Source: Eubacteriales bacterium | Lineage (GTDB): Bacteria; Bacillota; Clostridia; Oscillospirales; SIG627 | DNA length: 64,000 bases | Assembly (NCBI GenBank): GCA_045653035.1 | Contig: JAZOLO010000009.1 | Coordinates: 3,277 to 67,276 of the forward strand | Direction of reading: 5' to 3' | Shown here: piece after piece, positions 1 through 9,022 of the stretch | Position numbering within the stretch: the stretch's first letter is position 1 | How the letters are laid out: every line of letters starts with the position of its first letter | Translations under genes and position numbers: made by a program | Notes under the pieces: model-generated | What the model saw: only the letters and a program-made list of their open reading frames with translations | The model's database searches: none | Told to the model about the DNA's origin: nothing

Positions 1-402
1 GGTGGAGTATGTAATGATATAAGAATCCTTTAAGGGGTTATCGTCCTTATACATTTCAAAGAGGAATGCCGATTGATCGTATTGAGACACCTGCTTTTCA
101 AGTGCTACTTCTTTGGTTTCAAGGACCGCACTTTCAATTCCCTTGATTGTCATGAGCTTTTCACCGATTTCAGCAACCTCGTGTTCGGATGCATCACGAT
201 CGATAAAGAGAACTATTTTGTTGTATCCGTCAATCTTGTTTACGTTGTAATTTACGTTTTTTATAACGAGGTAAAATGAACCCATAATAACAAGACAGGA
301 AAGTAAAACAAATATAGAGGAAATGGTCATGACAGGATTTTTGATAATACCGTTAAAAGCAAGTTTTAAGTAGTATCCGATCTTAGGAGCCTTAATTTTC
401 AT
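1..402 (-). CDS. ftsX: Cell division permease FtsX (5' part; runs off the window edge)
   Basis: ATG at 402 overlaps the ftsE 3' end. Manual translation MKIKAPKIGYYLKLAFNGIIKNPVMTISSIFVLLSCLVIMGSFYLV...DNPLKDSYII fits the FtsX N-terminus. Confidence 0.85.
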   Translation of the reverse strand, partial: MKIKAPKIGYYLKLAFNGIIKNPVMTISSIFVLLSCLVIMGSFYLVIKNVNYNVNKIDGYNKIVLFIDRDASEHEVAEIGEKLMTIKGIESAVLETKEVALEKQVSQYDQSAFLFEMYKDDNPLKDSYIITYST

Positions 403-1075
403 TGTTGCCACCTCCTGACTTGTCGTCTGCAATTACACCGTCAGTAATAGTGACAACTCTCTTGTGGTAGTACTGAACAAGCTTCATGTCGTGAGTTATA
501 ACGATAACGGTTTTTCCAAGCTCGTTAATTTTTTTAAGAAGCTCCATCATTTCGTATGCCATAAGAGGGTCACTGTTTGAGGTGGGCTCGTCTGCAATAA
601 CAATCTGAGGGTTATTCACAAGAGCACGTGCAAGGGCTATGCGTCTCTGCTCACCGCCGGATAGCTGATTTGGATAGTCGTGAGCCTGATTTTCAAGATT
701 AACAAGCTTTAAAAACTTGTAAACTCTCTTTCCTATAACACTTCTGGGTTCTCCGATTACGTGCATAGCGAAGGCTACGTTTTCAAAAACGGTCATGTGA
801 GGGAAGAGTCTGTGGTCTTGAAAAACAAATCCCATTGTACGTCGAAGATAGGGCACCTTCCTGCTTTTCATTTTGGTCAGTTCATAACCGTTTACTTCTA
901 TTTTTCCAGAGGTAGGAGTTTCCTCTCTGAGAAGAAGCTTTGTAAGTGTCGTTTTTCCCGCACCGTTAGGTCCGACGATGAATACGAATTCACCGTCTTC
1001 AATGGTAAGGTCAACGTTCTTTAAGGCTTGTGTGCCATTATCATAAGTCTTTGTAACGTTTGAAAGTTTTATCAT
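392..1075 (-). CDS. ftsE: Cell division ATP-binding protein FtsE
   Basis: GPNGAGKTT Walker A, VPYLRRTMGFVFQDHRL, LSGGEQ signature; directly upstream of ftsX. Confidence 0.92.
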   Translation of the reverse strand: MIKLSNVTKTYDNGTQALKNVDLTIEDGEFVFIVGPNGAGKTTLTKLLLREETPTSGKIEVNGYELTKMKSRKVPYLRRTMGFVFQDHRLFPHMTVFENVAFAMHVIGEPRSVIGKRVYKFLKLVNLENQAHDYPNQLSGGEQRRIALARALVNNPQIVIADEPTSNSDPLMAYEMMELLKKINELGKTVIVITHDMKLVQYYHKRVVTITDGVIADDKSGGGNNEN

Positions 1076-1131
1076 TTTTATAATCCTTATTGTTCGGTGG
1101 TGGTTTTGTCTCTTTTATTAAACGCAAACAT

Positions 1132-1155
1132 ACTCATTGCAAAAAAGCAATGAGT
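1132..1155 (-). terminator. Hairpin after the CdaR-family gene
   Basis: ACTCATTGC-aaaaaa-GCAATGAGT inverted repeat; weak U-tract. Confidence 0.45.
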
Positions 1156-1163
1156 GATGTTTT

Positions 1164-2249
1164 TTAAAACTTGCCTGGTTTTGAGGAAAGGTATTTCTTT
1201 ACCATCAAAGCAACCTTGAAGGTTATGGCGTGCTCGAATTCCCTCAAATCAAGACCTGTAAGCTTTTTGATTTTTTCAAGTCTGTAAACGAGAGTATTTC
1301 TGTGTACAAAGAGCTTTCTTGACGTTTCGGATACGTTAAGATTATTTTCAAAGAAAGCCTGTATAGTAATAAGTGTTTCGCGATCAAGCACCTCGAAAGC
1401 CCCCTTCTTGAAGACTTCACCGAGGAACATTTCGCAAAGGGTTGTGGGAAGCTGATAGATAAGACGCCCAATACCGAGGTTATCATAACTGATAACGTTC
1501 TTTTCGGTATCAAATACCTTGCCAACCTCAATGGATATCTGTGCTTCCTTATATGAGCGTGCAAGCTCCTTTATTGACTCAACGACTGTTCCTATACCAA
1601 CGAATGTTTTGGCATAAAATTCTGTGTTTACAGTATCTACAATATTCTTTGCAGTCTTGATAATTTCTTTCATATCAGTAGGCTGCTTAATTTCTCTTAC
1701 AAGTACAACCTCGTTTTCACCAACACCTATAACGTAGTCCTTGTTCTTGTCTGGGTAGAGGTTCTGAATAACGTCAAGAGGTACACAGTCGCTCTTGCCG
1801 ATAAACTTTATAAGATAAACAATTCTTGGAACGTCGTTGTTTATGTGAAGCTCCTTTGACTTTATGTAAATATCACTGGGGAGTATGTTGTCGAGAATGA
1901 CGTTTTTAACAAAGCTTGCCTTATCATACTTCTCATCGTAAAGTGCCTTAATATTTGTGAGTGATATACAAAGAAGAGTCGCAAGATTGTCAGCAACACC
2001 ATCAGTGCCTTCAACAAATACAACGTATTCGATTTTTCCGTGATTATTTATGGGATGATGAGTATAGCCGTTTGCTCTGAAGGAATCGTTTGTAAAGGTG
2101 AGCTCTTCTTTTACTCCTTCAAGAGTCTCGCCGATACGTACAAGCTCACTGCACGCGATGATAGAGCCGTTTTTATCAACAACACCGATTGTTCTGTCGA
2201 TGGCGTCCTTCATCTGATGAACTATACTTTGGAAAAGTCTGTTTGACAT
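1164..2249 (-). CDS. CdaR/PucR-family transcriptional regulator
   Basis: N-terminal sugar-diacid-recognition-like region; C-terminal HTH NLNVSETSRKLFVHRNTLVYRLEKI. Confidence 0.88.
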   Translation of the reverse strand: MSNRLFQSIVHQMKDAIDRTIGVVDKNGSIIACSELVRIGETLEGVKEELTFTNDSFRANGYTHHPINNHGKIEYVVFVEGTDGVADNLATLLCISLTNIKALYDEKYDKASFVKNVILDNILPSDIYIKSKELHINNDVPRIVYLIKFIGKSDCVPLDVIQNLYPDKNKDYVIGVGENEVVLVREIKQPTDMKEIIKTAKNIVDTVNTEFYAKTFVGIGTVVESIKELARSYKEAQISIEVGKVFDTEKNVISYDNLGIGRLIYQLPTTLCEMFLGEVFKKGAFEVLDRETLITIQAFFENNLNVSETSRKLFVHRNTLVYRLEKIKKLTGLDLREFEHAITFKVALMVKKYLSSKPGKF

Positions 2250-2263
2250 CTTTTTTTCCTCCG

Positions 2264-3040
2264 TTACTTCAGCATTTTGATTGCATAAAATAATGCAAAA
2301 ACAATAGTTTCAAGACCGATGATAAAATCAAATAGAACGTAAGAACCGATGGAGAACATTCCGAGTAATACGAAGATTACAAAAAGAATAAGTGCTACAA
2401 GCAAAGGAATGATACTTGCACCGGGGGAAATAATTCTAATACCGCAGAAGGTGCCGTCCTTCTTACTTGACAAAACAAATATATAGAAGAACAGAACCGC
2501 AAAAGCAATTACAAGTATTCTTGTTACAATATCCTGTACTCTGTGGTCGATAGGAGAAATAAGGTTAAGCACATAAATTGCGAAAGCACCAAGTGCATTG
2601 AAAAGAGTCATTACAAAATAAGAGCCGGGAAATGATATCGCAATAAAATAAAGCACCGATACGAGAACAACGAAAATAATCGAAGGAACGTATCCCTTGT
2701 AAATAAAGCTCGAAATGAGAGTTGATATTACAAGAAGAGTTGCTGCTACAGAAAGAATAAATGACGATGAAAATACCTTTAAGGAGTCATCAACGCCCTC
2801 TCGTCTTTTCTTTATAAAAAAGAACAGAGAAACAGCAAAAAGTACAAGTGGAAGAACAAAGAAATAAGGTGCAATCTTCATGTATGTTTCAAGATAATCA
2901 AGGAATGAACTAGAAAGAAGCTTGTCCTTCATTGTAAGCAGGGCAAAAACTGCCAGCGACATAAGAACGAATACCGCTACCATTCTGTTTATGAGAGTAT
3001 CGTTTCTCCTTGCTTTGTAAGAATAATTGTTTTTCGCCAT
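2264..3040 (-). CDS. Hypothetical polytopic membrane protein
   Basis: 258 aa with about 8 hydrophobic segments; GAGGAG RBS. Confidence 0.7.
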   Translation of the reverse strand: MAKNNYSYKARRNDTLINRMVAVFVLMSLAVFALLTMKDKLLSSSFLDYLETYMKIAPYFFVLPLVLFAVSLFFFIKKRREGVDDSLKVFSSSFILSVAATLLVISTLISSFIYKGYVPSIIFVVLVSVLYFIAISFPGSYFVMTLFNALGAFAIYVLNLISPIDHRVQDIVTRILVIAFAVLFFYIFVLSSKKDGTFCGIRIISPGASIIPLLVALILFVIFVLLGMFSIGSYVLFDFIIGLETIVFALFYAIKMLK

Positions 3041-3059
3041 TTCTGTGTCTCCTCTTTAT

Positions 3060-3806
3060 TTATAGTCTTGTTTCATAGAGTATCATTGCGAGTACTGCCA
3101 TTCCTGCAGTTTCGGTACGAAGGATGAGCTTCCCAAGAGAAACCGCGGGTATCCCTGCACCTTCAAAAATTTCCGCTTCAAATGGAGCAATACCTCCTTC
3201 AGGACCTATATAAAAGCCAATGCTTGAAAATTCTTTTTCTCTCATAAGGTCTTTGACCGTCTTTTCTTCTGCTGTTTCATAGCAGTAGAAGGACAGGTCA
3301 AGATTTGAAAGAATATCACAACAGTCCTTTATCGAAACAGGGGGGTGTACCTTTGGTATAATCCCCCTTCCGCATTGTTTGGCGGCTTCATGGGCAATTT
3401 TGTTCCATCTTTCAAGCTTTTTCATTTCGCTGTTCGTATCAAGCTTTACAATAGACCTCTCTGCTGTAACGGGATATACGTGATTTACTCCAAGCTCAAC
3501 AGCCTTTTGAATAACTGTGTCCATCTTGTCGTTTTTGACAAGTGCCTGAAACAAATATATCTCTTTGTCCGATTCCTTGTCGCATTTTGAAGTTTGAAGA
3601 ATTTTCAAAATAACGCTTGTTGAGCTTACCGACTCAATTACGCAGTAATAATCAAAACCTGCTGAATCGGTAACAGTCAACGCCTCTCCAACCCTCATAC
3701 GAAGGGTTTTAGATATATGCAAAGCGTCGGAACCTGTGATTTCAATAGTATCGTCAACCTTAAGGCTTTGGCAATTTGCCTCAAAAGTCAGGAAAAATTT
3801 TGGCAT
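3060..3806 (-). CDS. rsmE: 16S rRNA m3U1498 methyltransferase RsmE
   Basis: HISKTLRM, QKAVELGV, IGPEGG and LGKLILRTETA motifs; downstream of prmA. Confidence 0.95.
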   Translation of the reverse strand: MPKFFLTFEANCQSLKVDDTIEITGSDALHISKTLRMRVGEALTVTDSAGFDYYCVIESVSSTSVILKILQTSKCDKESDKEIYLFQALVKNDKMDTVIQKAVELGVNHVYPVTAERSIVKLDTNSEMKKLERWNKIAHEAAKQCGRGIIPKVHPPVSIKDCCDILSNLDLSFYCYETAEEKTVKDLMREKEFSSIGFYIGPEGGIAPFEAEIFEGAGIPAVSLGKLILRTETAGMAVLAMILYETRL

Positions 3807-3963
3807 AATAGTAACCTTTCAGCAAAGTGGGTAAAGGTTTTTACTTTTAATTTGTATATATTCAACAACATTATACTATATAATAGTCGATTTGTCAAAG
3901 AATTTTTGCGTATTTTGGTGATTTTTTAGACTTTTGTTGCTATTTTGCCCTAAATACAGGTAA

Positions 3964-4947
3964 TTACTTTGTAAAAACTATTGCACTCCAGTTGTCAAGA
4001 GTGTAGGTTTTGACGGTTTTGAAGCCTGCTTTTTCAACGGCAACACGAACCTCGTCCTCTCTTTCACTGATTATACCTGATGAAATGAGATATCCGCCCA
4101 CTTTAAGCTTTTCATAGAACATATCTGCCATCATAATTATAATTCCTGCTACAATATTTGCACATATAACGTCGTAGTCTTTGCCTATTTTATCGTATAG
4201 CTCTTTACTACCAAGCACGTCACCGTCGAATACCTGTACTCTGTTCTCACCGAAGCTGTTTTGCTCCATGTTTTCTTTTGCAATTCTTGCTGCAACTTCG
4301 TCTATATCTACCGCAACAGCATATTTGGCACCAAGCTTTAATGCAGCTATAGTGAGAATACCGCTTCCGCAGCCCATGTCAAGCACGTGCTCACCGCCGT
4401 GAATTATATCCTCAAGCTGTTCCATACAAAGCTTTGTTGTAGCATGTGAGCCTGTTCCGAAAGAGGAGGATGGGTCGATTTCGATAACCTCGCGTGCATT
4501 TTTCATATCATGAGGTAGTTCTTCCCACGTGGGCTTTACAACAAGCTTATTGCCCACAGGAAATGGCTTGAAATACTGACGCCAGTTATTTTCCCAGTCC
4601 TCATCCTTAACCTCGTCTCTTTCAAGGATGAGTGTTTTATAGCCATCGTTTTCATTTTTTAGCGTTTTAAGAGAGGAAAGCACGTTTGCGTATAAAGCTT
4701 CGCCTTCCTCGTCGGTGGAAAAGTACGCATATATTACAGGGGATTTTTCCTCATCTGAAAGAAGCTCATCGTCTATGTAGTCATAAAATATTTCACCTCC
4801 TGCAAGTGTCTCCTTTAAATCAGAAAGATCCTCAACAGTAAAGGTATCAACCCCGGATATAATGAGAAGGTTTGAGATTTCCTCAACAAAAAAGGGAGAA
4901 GGAAGCGTATTGTCGGATGTTGTGATTTTAAGTCTAGTCCAGATCAT
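3964..4947 (-). CDS. prmA: Ribosomal protein L11 methyltransferase PrmA
   Basis: DEDWENNWRQYFKP, IDPSSSFGTGSHATT, VLDMGCGSGIL. Start placed at ATG 4947 after an AAGGAG RBS. Confidence 0.95.
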   Translation of the reverse strand: MIWTRLKITTSDNTLPSPFFVEEISNLLIISGVDTFTVEDLSDLKETLAGGEIFYDYIDDELLSDEEKSPVIYAYFSTDEEGEALYANVLSSLKTLKNENDGYKTLILERDEVKDEDWENNWRQYFKPFPVGNKLVVKPTWEELPHDMKNAREVIEIDPSSSFGTGSHATTKLCMEQLEDIIHGGEHVLDMGCGSGILTIAALKLGAKYAVAVDIDEVAARIAKENMEQNSFGENRVQVFDGDVLGSKELYDKIGKDYDVICANIVAGIIIMMADMFYEKLKVGGYLISSGIISEREDEVRVAVEKAGFKTVKTYTLDNWSAIVFTK

Positions 4948-4966
4948 GATATCTCCTTGATACAAA

Positions 4967-4999
4967 TTAACAGGAATGCTGAAAAAGCATTCCTGTTAA
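4967..4999. terminator. Intrinsic terminator-like hairpin
   Basis: TTAACAGGAATGCT-gaaaa-AGCATTCCTGTTAA. Confidence 0.6.
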
Positions 5000-5020
5000 A
5001 GTTATGTTTTAAATAGTAAA

Positions 5021-5431
5021 TTAAAGAATGTACTTATTAAGCTCCTGAGGGAAATCACTGATATCAATAGAAGCGGTAGTGACGAGATTTATTTCTCTTT
5101 GTGTTGCTACCTTATCAAGGGCGTTTATAAGCTTCACAAACTGCTCTTTGTTATTACCGCAAATCTTGAGCGAAGAGTCAATAAATATGTCCTTTATATC
5201 GTAGTTAGCGGAAATAATACCGCAAACCATTCCGTAAAGCTCATCAGCATTTGAGATGCCGAAAGCGTCTGTATCTACAAGTCGTACCTGGTGGCGTACG
5301 TCAAATATGAGCTTGTTGCCTTTCTCAATGCAAACTACGTTACCGGGAGAGGTTTCAACAGCCTTATTTGCCAGTTCAATAAGATGTTTTGTTTTGCCAC
5401 TGCCTTTGAGACCGATGATGATTCTAACCAT
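5021..5431 (-). CDS. Small P-loop protein (conserved clostridial hypothetical)
   Basis: IIIGLKGSGKTK Walker A and DIFIDS Walker-B-like motif; 136 aa. Confidence 0.7.
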   Translation of the reverse strand: MVRIIIGLKGSGKTKHLIELANKAVETSPGNVVCIEKGNKLIFDVRHQVRLVDTDAFGISNADELYGMVCGIISANYDIKDIFIDSSLKICGNNKEQFVKLINALDKVATQREINLVTTASIDISDFPQELNKYIL

Positions 5432-5542
5432 AAAAAATCCTTCCTTTCGTGGATGAAATTGAAGATCCTATCTTCTGTAATTATTGTATAACAAAAGTCT
5501 TGAAAAATCAATAGCTTTTTAACAATTTAACAAAAAATATAG

Positions 5543-6883
5543 CTAAAAATGATAATAAATATTTATTTTTCCCGATGATATAACTATTCTTTCCACGACA
5601 CTTCTTACAATAGCTCTTTTTTCACGCATTCCAAGAGTGTCCCACAAGTCGGAAACGCCTGTTATTTTCTCTTTATAATCCTCTCGTCTAGAGTTCTTTT
5701 TTTCTTTTTCAAGTAATATTTTCTCCTCATCTTTTGCCTTTTCAAGCTTTTTCTTTGTATCTTCTATTACCTTTATCAAAGCATCGTCTCCTTCAGACCA
5801 TAGGTCGTAAAGCTTTACGAGCTTTTTTTCAAGGCGGTCAGCTTTAGAAGTTCTGTCTTTTTGAATTTCCTTTTTGCTTGTTTCTCCTTCCAGCGACATC
5901 GAAAAAATATCGCGAAGAACAGCGTCCTCTACCTCGTCAGCCCAAATTTTTTCAGCCTTGCACAATGGGTCGTGAACAAGATAAGGCTTTGATGTTTGCT
6001 GAGAATAGCAAACAAGCTTATACCCCTTATTGCCCCATTTCTGATATCTCATTCTTGCACCGCATTCACCGCAGTATATAAGCCCTGCAAGAAGGTGAGG
6101 GGAGGAGTCGGATATCCCCCTCTTTCTTTTTTCAAATTCCACCATAGCACGCTCAAAGGTTTCTCTTGAAACAATGGGCTCATGCCCTCCCTCATATTCC
6201 TCTCCCTTGTATTGTATAACTCCGATATTCGTTTTTCTTTTGAGTATCTGTACTACAAGCTTTTCATATTTAAGACCCAACTCAAGGGCAATAGAGTTTG
6301 GAGAGTAGCCCGAAAGAAACATATCGTATATACGCCTTACTGTATCAGCGTCCTCGTTTGGTACAAGTATTCCCTTTACAGGGTCGTAGTCGTAACCAAA
6401 GGGAATTTTACCGCCACCCATCCATAGACCGCCCTTTACTCTTTCTCTCATACCCATTCGGGTCCTTATCTTTATGTTTTCACGTTCAAGCTGTGCAAAA
6501 GCGGAGATAATACCAAGCATAGCCCGTCCGATTGGCGTTGACGTATCCATGTTTTCCGTAAGCGATACAAAATCCACACTGTTCTTATTGAGTACGTCCT
6601 CAATAAGATACAGAGTATCCTTTTGACTTCTTGACAGTCTGTCAAGCTTATACACCGCAACGTGAGAGATTTTCCCGTCTTCAATATCTCTTATCAAAGC
6701 AGTGAGTGCGGGACGGTCAATATTGCTTCCGCTGTAACCGGGGTCAACGTAAAATTCAAAGGATGAAAATCCCTTTGATATACACCAGCCCTCAAGCATC
6801 TTTTTTTGAGCTTCAATAGAGTAGCCTTCCTCTGCCTGCCCCTCGGTGGACACCCTCACGTAAAGAGCCACCTTTTTATTCAT
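5543..6883 (-). CDS. Large serine recombinase (resolvase, recombinase and Zn-ribbon domains; SpoIVCA/SprA/phage-integrase class)
   Basis: ALYVRVSTEGQ catalytic Ser motif, KLDRLSRS, FAQLERENI, GGKIPFGY, HEPIVS, LAGLIYCGECG Zn ribbon, coiled coil. ATG 6883 follows GAGGTG. Confidence 0.93.
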   Translation of the reverse strand: MNKKVALYVRVSTEGQAEEGYSIEAQKKMLEGWCISKGFSSFEFYVDPGYSGSNIDRPALTALIRDIEDGKISHVAVYKLDRLSRSQKDTLYLIEDVLNKNSVDFVSLTENMDTSTPIGRAMLGIISAFAQLERENIKIRTRMGMRERVKGGLWMGGGKIPFGYDYDPVKGILVPNEDADTVRRIYDMFLSGYSPNSIALELGLKYEKLVVQILKRKTNIGVIQYKGEEYEGGHEPIVSRETFERAMVEFEKRKRGISDSSPHLLAGLIYCGECGARMRYQKWGNKGYKLVCYSQQTSKPYLVHDPLCKAEKIWADEVEDAVLRDIFSMSLEGETSKKEIQKDRTSKADRLEKKLVKLYDLWSEGDDALIKVIEDTKKKLEKAKDEEKILLEKEKKNSRREDYKEKITGVSDLWDTLGMREKRAIVRSVVERIVISSGKINIYYHF

Positions 6884-6930
6884 AGAAATCACCTCGGTTT
6901 AACTTTACCTCATTCTACTTATCAAAAAAT

Positions 6931-6960
6931 GTATAAAACGGTAGTAAAAGGCAAAAAATT
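6931..6960 (+). promoter_or_regulatory. Putative SigF/SigG-type (forespore) promoter for the small ORF
   Basis: GTATA-N15-GCAAAAAATT against the recalled SigF consensus GYATA-N15-GGnrAnAnTw (1 mismatch). Confidence 0.4.
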
Positions 6961-6976
6961 ACGTGAGGTGAAAATA

Positions 6977-7084
6977 ATGAAGATAGAAAGATATATAAAC
7001 GGTCAAAAAGCCACTAAAGAAGAGGTTTCAAAAAAGAAGATAAAGATAAAAAATTACGTTCAGCTTGTTAAAAACTTCAAATAA
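6977..7084 (+). CDS. Small basic protein (35 aa) divergent from the recombinase; candidate recombination directionality factor
   Basis: GAGGTG RBS 6 nt before ATG 6977; MKIERYINGQKATKEEVSKKKIKIKNYVQLVKNFK. The function is inference only. Confidence 0.55.
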   Translation: MKIERYINGQKATKEEVSKKKIKIKNYVQLVKNFK

Positions 7085-8421
7085 TTTGTACGCTTAGCTT
7101 CTCTGAAATCCTCATACGGATCGAAATATTCACTTTTCTTTACAGGCACGTCCCCCGGCATAAAGCCTAGTGACATTACTCCGTATCTTAATGCGTCTGG
7201 AGCGTGAGTCAGCTCATGAGGCTCGCCCGATACGTCCTCGGGAACTCTTTCATCAAATGTGAGCCTCGGAAGCGTTCTGATAATGTTAAGACAATTTTCA
7301 AATATAACGAGCTTAGGTATTCCTTCTTCATCGCATCTTAAAAGCTCTCTTATCATTCTCCAGCCTGCAATTCGTGAATTGTTTGCCGCAAGAACTCCTG
7401 AAAGTCCGTTTGACGAAAGAATATCAAAACCTGTTTTACCGCTGTCCTGCCGTCTGCCTCCAAGGTCGGGACTGGCAACTGTCCAGCGTATTTTTTCTTT
7501 GCCTGTCATAGAAGAAATTTCACGTGCCGCATCACTCAGTATTAAATTGGAGCGGTAAAGCTCGCGGTATACGTATATTCTTTTTCTGTCGGGAGGATAT
7601 GCAAACCATAATGAGGCTGTCATATCAAGACCGTAGTCAAAAGCGATAAACCTATTCCAATCCTCTGGAATTTCAAAAGGACGGCACACGTTCTTTTCTC
7701 TTGAGAATTCGGGGAAATACTGTCCCTCAAAGACATCCCAGTCACCGTATAGCATAGCCTTTCGTCTGATGGGGGGCAATGCCTCAAGAGTCCTTACGTA
7801 TTCGGGGTTCTTTGATATTATGTAATCGTTGTCGTATACGGTAGACGGTACAAAGGTATAATCCTCGGCCCTTTCTCCGCTTATGTACTTTTTGTCTATA
7901 AAAAGCCTTTTTACCCATTCGTGTCCTACGCCCCCTGGGTTACAGGTAAAATACATTCTGGGGGTAAAATTCTGAACGTTTCCCGAAAGTCTGTTCGACT
8001 CGGTGAGTGCAACGTACTGCATGTAGGTAAACTGTGTTGCCTCCTCCATTCCTATTACTTCATACGCCTGTCCCTGATACTGAAGAATATCCGACTCACT
8101 CTGACAGTAACCAAGCTTTATTCTGCTTGAATTTTTGAATATAAATTCTTTTGTTGACTCTTTGTAGGTCGCAATTTTATTGAGGGCCTTTTGTAGGGGG
8201 ATTATATGGTTTTCGCGAAGCTCGGGAAAGGTCCGCCTTAAAAGAAGAATTTGTATACCTCTGTGAGACAGTGCAAGCAGAATAAACTTTGTTCTCATAG
8301 CCCAGCTTTTTCCTCCGCCTCTCGCACCGCCGTAGGCTATACGTGTAGTATTTGCGCGGAAAAATTCCTCTTGTTTGGGGTAGGGCTTAATACCTGCTAA
8401 ATAGCGCTCAACCCTCGTCAT
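7060..8421 (-). CDS. terL: Phage terminase large subunit
   Basis: YGGARGGGKS Walker A, IGMEEATQF Walker B, TCNPGG coupling motif, nuclease motifs FIAFDYG and HAPDALRY. ATG 8421 lies 1 nt after the upstream stop. Confidence 0.92.
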   Translation of the reverse strand: MTRVERYLAGIKPYPKQEEFFRANTTRIAYGGARGGGKSWAMRTKFILLALSHRGIQILLLRRTFPELRENHIIPLQKALNKIATYKESTKEFIFKNSSRIKLGYCQSESDILQYQGQAYEVIGMEEATQFTYMQYVALTESNRLSGNVQNFTPRMYFTCNPGGVGHEWVKRLFIDKKYISGERAEDYTFVPSTVYDNDYIISKNPEYVRTLEALPPIRRKAMLYGDWDVFEGQYFPEFSREKNVCRPFEIPEDWNRFIAFDYGLDMTASLWFAYPPDRKRIYVYRELYRSNLILSDAAREISSMTGKEKIRWTVASPDLGGRRQDSGKTGFDILSSNGLSGVLAANNSRIAGWRMIRELLRCDEEGIPKLVIFENCLNIIRTLPRLTFDERVPEDVSGEPHELTHAPDALRYGVMSLGFMPGDVPVKKSEYFDPYEDFREAKRTNYLKFLTS

Positions 8422-8422
8422 G

Positions 8423-8842
8423 CTACACCGTCCATTTCTCAAAAGCCTCTGGCAGAGTATAGTCCCCGTCGTCTGCTTCTGCACCTGCAGCATCATTCCA
8501 TCTGTCGAAATTCACTGCAAGAAATAGCTTAACGCCCGAAAAAGCCTCTTTTGAAAAGAGCCTTTCCTCTGCATACTCTTCGATTCTCATAACAGACATT
8601 TTAAGGAATCTATTTATTTCTGGGTCTTCAAACTTGAAAAGCTCCTCACGGCTTTCCACACCCACCGCAAGGGCAAGTCCAGTCACTGTGTAGGGCAGTA
8701 AAACCTTTTTAATAATTTCTCCTTTTTCATCAGTCAATAGATTTCCGTTTTTGTCCTGAACAGGTGCAAGACGTGAGCGGAAATACTCCTCTACACGCTT
8801 TTTTACTTCATTAAAATTTTTTGGTGCTTTTTTATAATTCAT
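8423..8842 (-). CDS. terS: Putative terminase small subunit (gp3-like DNA-packaging protein)
   Basis: 139 aa directly upstream of terL and translationally coupled to it; PYTVTGLALAVG..SREEL, RIEEYAEERLF, GVKLFLAVNF resemble gp3-type TerS. AAAGGAG RBS. Confidence 0.75.
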   Translation of the reverse strand: MNYKKAPKNFNEVKKRVEEYFRSRLAPVQDKNGNLLTDEKGEIIKKVLLPYTVTGLALAVGVESREELFKFEDPEINRFLKMSVMRIEEYAEERLFSKEAFSGVKLFLAVNFDRWNDAAGAEADDGDYTLPEAFEKWTV

Positions 8843-8863
8843 TTCACCACTCCTTTCAATACC

Positions 8864-8908
8864 ATTATATACTGACATGGACTGCCATACAATGACATAT
8901 ATATGACA
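8864..8908 (-). promoter_or_regulatory. Activator-dependent, late-type promoter of terS
   Basis: TATAAT at 8869-8864, preceded by four TG(T/G)CA repeats (plus-strand starts 8873, 8883, 8893, 8904); no canonical -35 at 17 bp. Confidence 0.6.
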
Positions 8909-8917
8909 ACTTTTAGT

Positions 8918-9022
8918 GTTTGTCTTTGGCAAACGTGATATTTGTACTAACATACAAGTGATATTGCTTCGCAGTGATATTTTCACTTTGTGCAAGTGAT
9001 ATTTTCAAACTTCGTTTGAAAG
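8918..9022. repeat. Multi-hairpin repeat with four GTGATATT units
   Basis: GTGATATT at 8935, 8958, 8974 and 8996, each followed by a short hairpin (e.g. TGC-ttc-GCA, TTTCAAAC-ttc-GTTTGAAA). Confidence 0.7.

Noticed and set aside
6806-6976. N-terminal extension of the 92-aa ORF 6806..7084
   Set aside because: It overlaps the recombinase start antisense; the clear RBS and ATG are at 6965-6979.
8935-9022. CRISPR array
   Set aside because: The repeat unit is only 8 bp, the spacers are 8-15 bp self-complementary hairpins, and there are no cas genes.
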